Assembly (NCBI GenBank): GCA_013239625.1
Contig: MU054831.1
Coordinates: 807,457-871,456 of the forward strand
Reading direction: 5' to 3'
DNA from: Lama guanicoe
Taxonomy: Eukaryota
DNA length: 64,000 nucleotides
Positions 29,220 through 41,299 of this stretch are shown piece by piece. A program made the translations under genes and the position numbers. Within the stretch, counting starts at the first letter, position 1. Each line of letters begins with the position of its first letter. Below the pieces are notes generated by a model. The model was not told where the DNA came from. It made no database searches and saw nothing but the letters and a program-made list of their open reading frames with translations.

Positions 29220-30600
29220 GTACAGCTCCCTTTTCTCCTCCGCGCTCACGTGCGTGGCCTGTCCTCTTCTGATTTTCAGTTCCCTCTCTCCTCCCGATGT
29301 CTCCCTGCGCTCTCTGCCCATCCTCTGGTCACCCCGCTGTCCTCACGTCCTTCCTCCGGCTCCCTGTCCTCGGTGACGTGTCCCACAGCTGCCCTGCCCT
29401 GTCCCGCTGCTTCTCCCGCGCCCTGGACCACGCCCTGGAGAGACGGTGGCCATGGAGCTGTCCGCCCCAACGTGGCCCCTCTCCTCCGCCCTCTGCACTC
29501 CTGGGTGGGGCTGGGTCCTCCAAAGGGACCCGGCTGTGTCGGGGCGTGTGCTGCGGCGTGGCTGCTGGTGTGGTCGTGTTTCCTAGCTGTGTCTTTGTGA
29601 GGATGCTTTGGATGGGAACCGGGCGAGGCTGGGGGCTGCCCGACGGGCCCCGGTGATGCAGCCACGTGGTGGATTGAGGCAAATTCCCACCTCAAATATG
29701 GCAGTCCTAAACAAAGCTGCGCCTGGCCTAAGGTGAGAACTTAGGAGCTCTGCAGTGGGAAGTTGAAACAGCAGGGAGCCTGCCCCGGAGCGGAGGCCAC
29801 CAGGCCATCTGTGGTGCCAGCACCCTGGCCCCGTGGCTGCTCGAGCTACCCTCGGGTTTTCAGGCCAGGCCACTGGCTTACACTTGGGTCATTGCCTACC
29901 AGGCTAGAGAGTAGGGAAAGAAGTGACCACTGCCTGCTCTGTGCTGTGTGGGACCCACCTCTCACAGGGCCTGCCTGTGGTGGGCAGAGGCCATGAGGTC
30001 TGCAAGGGACCACCCCGGTTTCCAACCCCAGCATCCTCCCCCGAGGGCGAGTCGGTTGGCGGAGGAGATGGCCCTGGAGAGTTTTGGCAAACCCGGGCAG
30101 GCTCCTTCAGGTCCAGGGAGAGGCCGGGGTGCCTCCTAACTCCGGTTGAGGCCAGGTGGAGCCGGCCACCCCCTCCCACCGTCTCCCCACCACCCTGTCT
30201 CTGCTCTGTCTGCTCCCATCGTCACAGCTCCCTTTGCTCCTCCATCCCTTCTCTCTCCTCTCCGCCCTTCCTACCTCCTCTTCCCCATCCTCTTATCCTG
30301 GCCTCAGCTCCAGAGCCAGGGGCTGAAACCTCCCACCCTCTGCCCAGGGTGGAGCTGAGAGAGCTCTGAGGCTCTCCTGGTGGTGGCTGGAGTCCCCTCC
30401 TAGGCCTGGTCCTGAGTAAGGAGGGGTCTGTCCTCCCTGGACACCGACACCTGGGCTTCCGTGCCTACGGCCCCAGCGGCTCTCCCTGCGGGTGGCCCAT
30501 GCGTGTCTGTCTATCTGTGTCTGTGTGTCTGCATGTCCCCATCCCTGCTGAGAGCAGCCCACACGCTGTTATCTTTTACCTCGTCTCTGCTTCCTTCCAG

Positions 30601-30715
30601 GACCTTCTACCAGTTCGAGGCTGCGTGGGACAGCTCCATGCACAACTCCCTCCTGCTGAACCGGGTCACCCCTTACCGAGAGAAGATCTACATGACCCTC
30701 TCTGCTTACATTGAG
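30601..30715 (+). CDS. KIF1A: KIF1A coding exon ending at a GC donor
   Basis: ccag|GACC...TTGAG|gcaaga; [38 protein letters not shown]. Confidence 0.95.
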
Positions 30716-30859
30716 GCAAGAAACCTATGCCCAGGGCATGCCACCAGAATCACCTGTCCCCAGACCTCAGCTGCCTGCCAAGGGACAGTGAGGGTGCTTG
30801 TTAGCCCTGGACAACCCCAGTCACCCTTGTTACCTTCTCAGAGGACTTCTAAAGTCCTC

Positions 30860-31150
30860 GAGTTAAGTCTGTGTAATTTTAACGGCAGTGCTCACAGTTA
30901 ACCAACTCTGTTCTGCGGTCTTTAGTGTGTGGGTTTGTCCTTGGGGTTGCAAGATGGCTGCAGAACCACCAGACATTGCATCTATGTTCCAGGCAACATA
31001 AAAGCAGAAGCTTCCCCTTCCCTCTCGCCAGGGTCCCAGGCTGTGACCTCCCCTCAAAGTGCAGGACGAGGCTGGGAGTGCGGGCGTTTCAAGCGGTGCA
31101 GGGTAGTGAGGAATCTGGGTGTTTGGGGTCTGCAGCCAGCAGGACGGTTG
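30860..31150. mobile_element. Probable old MaLR/ERVL LTR fragment (MLT1J/K- or LTR33-like)
   Basis: CAAGATGGCTGC...CCAGACATTGCATCTATGTTCCAGGCA motif typical of old MaLR LTRs; family and boundaries approximate. Confidence 0.45.
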
Positions 31151-31365
31151 AGGCGAAGCCATCCACCCCTGCCCCCAGAGCCTAATTACTCTGGCTGTGA
31201 CGTGGGGACCCACGTGCTGCCCCGGGGGTGAGGTGTGCTCAGGCCCCCAGCGCTGAGCCCCGGGACACGTCAGTGATGTCAGCAGTGACCCCCGAGCCTC
31301 AGGACAAAGCACCTGCTGTAAGACGGCACCGTGTTGGCTGCGAAGTCATTCCTGTGGCGTTTTAG

Positions 31366-31830
<465 letters not shown>

Positions 31831-32831
31831 TGAGCCCGCCAGGTGGGCAGAGGGGCTGCCTCATCTGGTGCCCAGGCCACGGTGAGAACCAGGCCAGGCT
31901 CCGCACCGGGCAGCCTGTCGGGTGACGCGCTCCGGGCTGGCTGGCCCCATGGGAAGGTGGACCTGCCCAGTTCCTGGCCAGCCCCCTGCCCTCGGGTCCC
32001 TCTCCCCCGGCCCTGATGTCGGGGTCAGTGAAGGCCACGGGGCACTGGTGGGGACACCGATGTCACGGTGGACGAGCATGAGAGAGCCGGGATCCGCCCA
32101 CAGGGAGCAGCAGGAGGCCTGAGGTGTCCACTCTGGGGCCTCGTGGGTGGCCTTGGAGTCACACTCACCCGTTGCATGGTGACCTTCCTCCCCAGGGCCA
32201 CAGGATCTGTGCAGCTGGGACTTCTCACCCCAGCACAGTTAGAGAAACTGGGTGATGCGGGGCTGGGTGGGAAGGGGGCTCTGGACAGAGCTTCCCGAAG
32301 GGCATGTGCTGAGCCGGCGCCTCCTGGAGGCTCGCAGCACTTGGGGGGGTGGGTCGGACCTTCCTGGGGGGTGGGGAGGAATGGCTGAGAATGTTGAGGC
32401 AGGGAGGAGGGGCCCTGCCCCAGCAGCAGGACCTGCCGAGGGTGCCTTGTCATCACTGGTCAACTCAGGGAGGCTCCCCACACGCTATCTCGTGGTCCCG
32501 TGTCCAGGACACTCTGGGAGAAAGGAGTGTGAGGTCAGGACTGAATGGCCCTGGGCTGGCTGTGACCCTCTCGTCCAGGAGGTCACCTGGTGAGCACAGG
32601 CCCCTCTCCATGAGAGTGTTAGTGGGGTGCCCTTGGAAGCATCAGTCCCCGGAAACGGGGGCCTAGAGGAAGGCTGGGATGGGGACTTCAGCACAGGGAC
32701 TGCATCACAGGGACCCTGGCAGCCAGTACCCTGCACAAGGCCGCCTGGGCAGCCATGGGACTCGTGCCCAGTGCACACCTGTTTGTGATGAGAGTCGGAG
32801 CCCGGCTGACACGGCCCCCTCCCCTCCGCAG

Positions 32832-32893
32832 CAACCGCGTGACGGGCGTGTATGAACTCGGCCTGTGCCGCGTGGCCGACGCAGGCAGCCCAG
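32832..32893 (+). CDS. KIF1A: KIF1A coding exon
   Basis: gcag|CAAC...CCAG|gtaggc; NRVTGVYELGLCRVADAGSP(G). Confidence 0.97.
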
Positions 32894-33192
32894 GTAGGCA
32901 CCTGCCCTGCCCTCCGGCCCGGGCGTGGGGTGGGGCACTTCGTTGGGAGTCAGGGAATCTGGTCCCCTGGGGAGACTCGGGGGGTCCCTCACCTGTGACC
33001 TCCGGAGCTGTTGAGGCTGGAGGACACGGCGAGTGAGAGAGGAAGGGGGAGGAGGTGGCAGCAGTGACCTGGTGGACGCCTGCCGTTTAGCTCCCGGGTC
33101 GAGGCTGACCTGGCTCTGGGGGCCGGGTGGGGCCCGCTGTCTCCGGTGGGTGAGCCCACAGTGGGGCACATATTCCTGGGCATCCCCTCCAG

Positions 33193-33338
33193 GGATGCAG
33201 CGCCGGCGCCGGCGGGTGCTGGATACGTCTGTGGCCTACGTCCGAGGCGAGGAGAACCTGGCAGGCTGGAGGCCGCGGAGTGACAGCCTCATCCTGGACC
33301 ACCAGTGGGAGCTGGAGAAGCTGAGTCTCCTGCAGGAG
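33193..33338 (+). CDS. KIF1A: KIF1A coding exon
   Basis: ccag|GGAT...GGAG|gtgagt; [48 protein letters not shown]. Confidence 0.97.
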
Positions 33339-33833
33339 GTGAGTGTGTCCGCGCCCGCCAGGCACTACTGGGATGGCACACATGACCCTCAGACTGCCTG
33401 TCACAGGGCAAGGGGCTCATGACAGCACGGCCTCTGGATTAGAGCAGAAGGTTTACTTCCAACCCAACCACAGACTCTCGGGCATGTAGACGGGATGAGA
33501 AAGGAACCTGGAAAGAAAATGGTCGGGAAAGCCAGCGTCTGGCCGCCGGGGCTGACCGCTGGCCCAGGACGCATGTGGGAAGCCTGCATTGGAGGCCTGG
33601 GTCCACCCTCAGGGCCCCTCCCAAGGCCATGGCTGCAGAGCTCAGGGCCCCATCAGGGACTTGGGGGCTGTGTCCATCTGCTCACTGTGGGCACACGGGG
33701 CGCGTGAGGCCGGAGACCGACACGACTCTCAGGGCTGCCGGCTCCGTTTCGCACACCGCGGCCCACGGGCGAGGCGGGCCCGCCACTCGGGGAGAGTGCA
33801 GAGGTGAGGCCGCACCTCTGCTCTGCCGCGCAG

Positions 33834-34034
33834 GTGGAGAAGACCAGGCACTACCTGCTGCTGCGAGAGAAGCTGGAGGCCGCCCAGCGGCCCGGCCCCG
33901 AGGCGCTGTCCCCCGCCTGCAGCGAGGACTCCGAGGCCCGCAGCTCTTCCAGCGCCTCCTCCCCGCTCGCGGCTGAGGGCCGGCCATCGTCCCTGGAGGC
34001 TCCCAACGAGAGGCAGCGGGAACTGGCCGTTAAG
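33834..34034 (+). CDS. KIF1A: KIF1A coding exon
   Basis: gcag|GTGG...TAAG|gtgggc; [67 protein letters not shown]. Confidence 0.97.
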
Positions 34035-34493
34035 GTGGGCTGCAGGCAGGCAGGCAGCCACCCTCCTGGCCCTTAACTGCTGCCAGTGACCCGTCCGGAC
34101 CCCTGGGACTGGGAAGAACGAGGGTCCGCGGAGTTACCTTGCCCCTCGCCCCGACCCCACCCTTCTACAGCCAGCTACCCAAGCAGTGACGTGCCCTCTC
34201 TTGATTACCTGTGCTGATGGGGAGCTCACCACCTGCATCCAGAACTGGTCCTCTCTGCTGCTGGGTGGCCACGGGGAAGGCCTCCCGCACTTCGAGTGAT
34301 GCCACCCCCTCCCCCACCCTTGCCCAGGCCCCAGGCCTGCCCTGGGAGGCTTCCACACTCGGCCCCTTAACCTGGGAGGGTGGAGGTGCGGCCCACCTTG
34401 ACCTGGGTGCCCGGGCCCCTGGGCCAGTCGCCCGTGTCTGGGGCAGAGCCAGGTCCTGGGAGGCTCCTGACCGGGCGTTCGCTCTCCCCGCAG

Positions 34494-34571
34494 TGCTTAC
34501 GGCTCCTCACCCACTCCTTCAACAGAGAGTACACCCACAGCCACGTCTGCATCAGCGCCAGCGAGAGCAAG
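34494..34571 (+). CDS. KIF1A: KIF1A coding exon
   Basis: gcag|TGCT...CAAG|gtgggc; [26 protein letters not shown]. Confidence 0.97.
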
Positions 34572-35136
34572 GTGGGCGTGGGGCCGCCGTCGGGGCCCTT
34601 GTGGCCGACAGAAGCCCCCATCCCAGTCCGGAGAAGGAAATAAGGGTTTTCTTAGAAGCACACCTCTCACAGCCTAGAAGGGGGCCTCAGAGCCAAGGGC
34701 GGGTTTCCCAGGCCCGAGGCTGTGAGCCAGGCCTGTGTCGGGGTCCCTGCCGGGCGGGGAGTGAGGGGCTGGCTGGGTCCAGTCCTGCCCCGGGTCCTCC
34801 CTGGCTCCCACTCGTCCCAGTCCCTTGTCCTGCCTGGCCTGGCCCTCGCCCAGCTGCCACTATCCTGGGCTGGTCAAGCCCCCTCCCCTTGGCTGTCCTC
34901 CTTTCACCTGGGGACCCGTCCTGATCTGCAGCCTCGTACCCTGTCCCAAAGCTGGCAGCCTGTGTGCTGCCCTCCACGGAGCCTCTGCCGGCTGCTCCAG
35001 GCTTCCCACACCCGGACTTCCCTCCTGGCTCCCTGGCCCCTCACCAGTCTCTCACCCCTGCACACCCCCATGCCCTGCCTCTGTCCTCTGTGCTGGCCTC
35101 GCCCTCTGCCCGAGGCTGTCAGGCTGCACGTCCTGA

Positions 35137-35556
<420 letters not shown>

Positions 35557-36240
35557 TAAGTGAACTCCAGGCTCCCCGAGAAACTTCCGCCTCCCCGAGC
35601 TGACCGAAGACAGCAGCTGTGACAGGCACAGGGCAGAGCTGGGCACGAGGGGCCAGGTGTCTGGGGCGGCCATGCACGTGCAGGGCAGGGCCAGGCCACG
35701 TGGAAGTATCTGCCTGTGCGGCTGGCGTGGCCCATTCCGAGGTCATTTCCTGCTAAAGCATAAATTTAAAATGCAGTTGTGAATAAAACCAGAATCGGTT
35801 CAAAACACTAAACAAAAGCCCCTTTCACGGGCAGCACTCATAAAACAGAGTGGGGAAAACGTGACAAAGATGAGCTTAGAGGACCGCTAAGCCCGCGGTC
35901 GGGCGCGGGGGCCTCCGGGCGCCTGCTGAGCAGGGCGTTTGCGACGGACCACCCCTGTTGCTGACCCCACCTGTATTGGGCCCATCAGATTTCGTAACAC
36001 CTCAGGGGGTCCAAAGCTGCTCCATCAAAGAACAGAAAGAAACAAAAAGGCGTGAGGCCCTCTGGGCTGGGACAGGCCTCCCTGGCCACCAGGTCTGGGG
36101 CTCCAGGCCTGGCGGCTGCCGCAGGACAACTGCTCCCTCCACGTAGACGGTCCCTGAGGAAGTCACGTCCCTCAGTTTGATCCTGGAGAGAGATGCTGGA
36201 GCCGCTCACAGCGGGTGGGGGTGGGGAGGCAGGACGCGCC

Positions 36241-36288
36241 ACGTCCGCGGGGACCCTGCCTGCAACGTCCGCGGGGACCCTGCCTGCA
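36241..36288 (+). repeat. Perfect 24-bp tandem duplication
   Basis: ACGTCCGCGGGGACCCTGCCTGCA x2. Confidence 0.95.
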
Positions 36289-36382
36289 GCGCCCGCACAG
36301 CCCTGGACTCAGCCGGTGGGCTGAGCTCCAAGTGGGCCTGGTGGACACGGGAGGAAGGTGCCCACAGCGCTCTGAGGGGTGA

Positions 36383-36772
<390 letters not shown>

Positions 36773-36775
36773 TAA

Positions 36776-37246
<471 letters not shown>

Positions 37247-37564
37247 TAGGGCTCCGAGTCCTGGTGACATCGGGCAGTGATGGCTGGGGCGGGCAGAAAT
37301 CCTCTGCCTTCTGGTGGCTAATGACATAGTCCGTCCTCTGGGGGACGCCACAGTGGGGGTCCCTGAGCCCCTAGCCCGTGGTGCCCTGGGCCCAGGAGGC
37401 AGCCTCCTGTCCTCCGGCTTTGCCCTGCTCCTCCCCGAGCACGCGGTGGCCCTGGACGTGTGAGGACGTGTGACCCAGCCCGGGTCTCCTCTTTCGCTGC
37501 TTCGTCCCTGGTGCTCCCCCCGCTGGTGCCCCAGCCCCGCCCGCCCCAGCCCCAGGGGAGCTGA

Positions 37565-37735
<171 letters not shown>

Positions 37736-38039
37736 TAAAGCCCAGCACGCCTAGATTTTACGTTCGGCCGGGGAGGGCGGGCCTTCGTGTGGGGAGGCTC
37801 CTGCGCACAGCCAGGCTGGGCAACGGCCCGGCCCCCGGCGGCCGGGAGCCTCCGTGACTTACTGAAGGAGGCTGGGGACGGGGCGGGGGGCTGCTCCCAC
37901 CGAGTCACGTGGGCAGGAGACAGAGAGTGAGTCTCTCTGGCGACAAGGGAACCAGAGTCGGCACAGCGCCCCGGTGCCGGCATCCTGACCCCGGCTGCCC
38001 ACCGGCCCTGACCACTGCTCCTCTCCCAATCCTCCGCAG

Positions 38040-38082
38040 GTCCAAGCTCTCCAGAAGGAGGTCTGCCCAGATGAGGGTCTGA
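38040..38082 (+). CDS. KIF1A: KIF1A terminal coding exon
   Basis: gcag|GTCCAAG...GTCTGA; SKLSRRRSAQMRV*, the recalled KIF1A C-terminus. Confidence 0.97.
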
Positions 38083-41020
38083 GTGGAGCCCTCCAGGGAC
38101 AGCCAGCAGGCCCGGCCCCACCCCTGTCTTCCTCGTGTTGTCCCCCCACCCAGCCCTGCCCCGCCCGACAGCCGGTGTGCCCCTTGCCCTGGGGACGGCG
38201 CGCTGGGCCCCACGAGCCACCTCTGGCCAGGGACCTGCACACGACCTGTTGCGCTCCCAGCAGAGGCCGCGTCTGCTGTCCTTTCTTTCAGAAGGCACCC
38301 CGGGTGGGAAGAGCTGGGAGAACCCCAACAGTCGGAGGGCACGGTCCCGGGGCGTCGATGCCGTTCTAATATTTTTTTAAGCATAGACAGACTTATAGTT
38401 AATACACCTTAGCTAGTGACGTTGGAACAGTCCAGTCAGAAATTAACTACAAGACTGTGATCTATTTATAAGCATTTATTTCTAACGCCTTCCCATAGAC
38501 GTGTAGGGTTCAGCTGGACCCACCCCAAGTCGTTCCCACGCGCACTTCCCCAGCCTCTTAGGGACGGGCAGGGCGGGGCAGCCGCCTCGGAAGGCCACGG
38601 TGAGGAGGCGCCTGGACGGGCCGGCGCCTCCTGGTTGGCACCAAGGGGGTGCTCCTGCCGGGCCAGAGCTGAGGCTTCTCCCCAGCTGCAGATGGGGCCG
38701 CCCGGTCCTGCGGGGGGTGTGTGTGTGTGCGCGCGCGTGCGCCCGCCAGGGAGCAGATGTCTGAAGTCCGAGCAGTGTAGAGGGTGGTGCGTGTTACTTC
38801 TAGCAGGACGCAGGGTCCACGTCTCACCTGGGCGCGTGTGGGAGGGGAGGCAGACAGGTGCCTGGCTGTGGCGCCGTCCTTGTGGGGTCCAGGAGGCAGA
38901 AGGGTCAGGATTCCACTGGCCTATGTCGTGTGTCCAGGCCAGCTGGGCGCAGGGGCTGTTTACAGGGGGTCCAGGTGGGCCAGGCCGCGAGGGGCTTTTG
39001 GTGCAGCGTCTCCAGCTGCTGTGAGATGTGGGGTGACCTCCAAGTTGCTCCAGGAAGGAAACCGCTGACCTCCCCTCTTGGTCCCAGGAGAGGAGAGTTT
39101 CTGTGGGTCCGGTGAGAAGATGCAAGGGGCTCAGGGGAGGGTGGCCAGCACTGAGGTCGTCTGTCATCAAGGGGGATTTCTCCTCCTGTGTCTGAGAGTG
39201 TCGCCTTGTCTTGTTCTGACTTCTCGTGCCGACAGCCGCTTCGTCCCCTCTGCAGACCCCGCGTCTGATGGTTGCCCAGGATGAGGCAGGTGTCAGGCTG
39301 GGCCGAGTCTGGTTCGTGTCCTGCCCAGGCCGTGAACCTTTCAGAGGAACCACGGGCCTGGGGTCTTCAGTGACCTGCTCCCGCACCCAGAGGCACACAC
39401 GGCCTCTTTTTAGCTCGAAGGAAAACAGCAGCCACACCACGAGACCCGTCCTCCCCACGGCCCCCAAGAGCAGATGAGGGCTCATGTCCTGGACTAAAAT
39501 CAAACGTTGTCTGGAAACCAGGAGGCCTGTGCTGCCCGCAAGGTGCTCCTCCGGGGGTAGAGGCTGAGCCGCAGAGAGCTGGGGTGACAGCACAGTCGGG
39601 AAGGAGCACTTCCTCTGGCTTGTTGAAGGCCTTGAGGGCAGGGAGGAGGGACGGGTCAGGTGAGCTCTTCTAGCGTGAGTCGTGAGTCGGTTCTGAGAGC
39701 CCCGCCTTCCCTCAGGGAGACTGGAGGTTCAGGGCCCCTGCTGTGGCCCACTCAGGCCAACCAGCCTGAGGCCACGGCCTCGGGGGAGAGGAGTCCGAGG
39801 CCCTCTCGCCCAGGGTGCAGGTGTCTGGGGCCAGCCAACCCGCAGGGCACCTGCTGAGTCGGGCAAGGCCGAGGGAAGGGGGTCCGCGGGAGGATTTCTG
39901 GGAGTCGCCCCGAATTCAGGAGCCTCCACAGCCATGGAGGCCCCGGGGCCGTTCCATCGTGGCCTGGTGCCATCTTGGCAGGGACTAAGAGCCAGGTGTG
40001 GCCCACCTGATGACCCCATCTTTCATCACTCCTCCTCTCAGGCCCGCTCCGGAGAGGGGTCCTGGATCAGAGTCCAGACACCCGGGGCTGCTGGGGAGAG
40101 AATTCCGATATGAATTGGGAAGGCTGCTCTCTCATGCCTGGTGTCACGTCAGCCCTGGGGAAGTGGTTTGGGACTCAGTTCCCACATCTGTGATGTAGGA
40201 GGCTGGTCTGGAGGCCCCTGCGGGCCCAAGGGTCATGGAGTGCGGATAAGGAAGGCAGGCCTGGCTGGGGGCAGAGAGGAAGACCCGGGAGGCAGTTCAG
40301 ACTGTTCTGTGTTAAGATGCTGCTCAGGCTGCAGCCTTATTTTGTTAGAGGGACGGCCGTTCTCACCCCGCCGGAGAGGGCTCTCTGTCCCCTCCAGGGT
40401 GGGGTGAGCTCCTTCCGCTGTGAGAGGAGCCCCAGGGAGGGAGATGCTGGGTCCCAGGGCAGCTGGTGCCCAGGGGTGGGTGTGGAGAGGCTCATAAGTT
40501 CAAGGTCTCCCTGCTCTGGTTCCCTGACACGGCGTGCACGCGCGCGTGCACACACACACACACACCTCCTGCCAGGGGAGGTGGCCCCCACTCAATCCTG
40601 GTCCCCCCTTGGCACTTCTGAGGCGGGCGTGGCAAGGTGCTCAGAGAGGATCCCTAAACGTGGCTGGAGCAGCAGGCGTGAGCAGGGCGCCACGCTGGCT
40701 CTCCATCAGCACCCCCCAGCAGGGGCCCAGAGGCGCCCTCCTTTGCCCCTGGGGCCGGGCCAGGCCTCCTCCCGGCGACAAGAGGCTGCAGCTTCTCCCA
40801 GGCCCGTGCTTCCCATGCCAGCCGTCCCGAGTTCCCCTGTGGCTTGTACATACGTGGTTGTGTGGCACACCCCAGCCCCTGCACTGTGACCGCCACCCGA
40901 CGTAGCGACTCCCGCTCCCAGTGTCCAAAACCCGCGTGTTAGGCTCTAGGCCCCTGTGCGTGCGTGTGCGCTTCAGGCTCTGTCCAGTTACGAAATAAAC
41001 ATGGCTCTTTACGCAGCACC
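38083..41020 (+). other. KIF1A: KIF1A 3'UTR (~2.9 kb; end approximate)
   Basis: Runs from the stop codon to the first AATAAA seen downstream (40994), which is followed by a GU/U-rich element; L1 sequence begins ~300 nt later. Confidence 0.8.
40994..40999 (+). terminator. KIF1A polyadenylation signal
   Basis: AATAAA with downstream GGCTTTATTTGTGCTCTGGGTGTTTG. Confidence 0.8.
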
Positions 41021-41299
41021 AGACGCGTGGGGCTCTGCTGTGGCTTTATTTGTGCTCTGGGTGTTTGCTGGGGCCTTAAATGGCCACAGGGCCAAGTGTC
41101 CAGCACTGTCTGGAGATAGCACACACCTCCCCGCAGCAAAGCAGAGAGGGGAGCACCGCGAGGGGTGGGAGGTACAGAGGGTGTGTATCGTGGGAGCGTC
41201 CACCTGCTTCCCTCAGTACCTGGCGCCTGTCTGAACAGCCCCAGGCGCCCTTGGCAGTGCCAGCCCTGTACTGCCAGCCTCACACCCAGGCAATCTCCG

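Noticed and set aside
38466-39593. 375-aa antisense ORF over the KIF1A 3'UTR
   Set aside because: No domain features; translates through a dinucleotide repeat (RAHTHT); consistent with a GC-driven chance ORF
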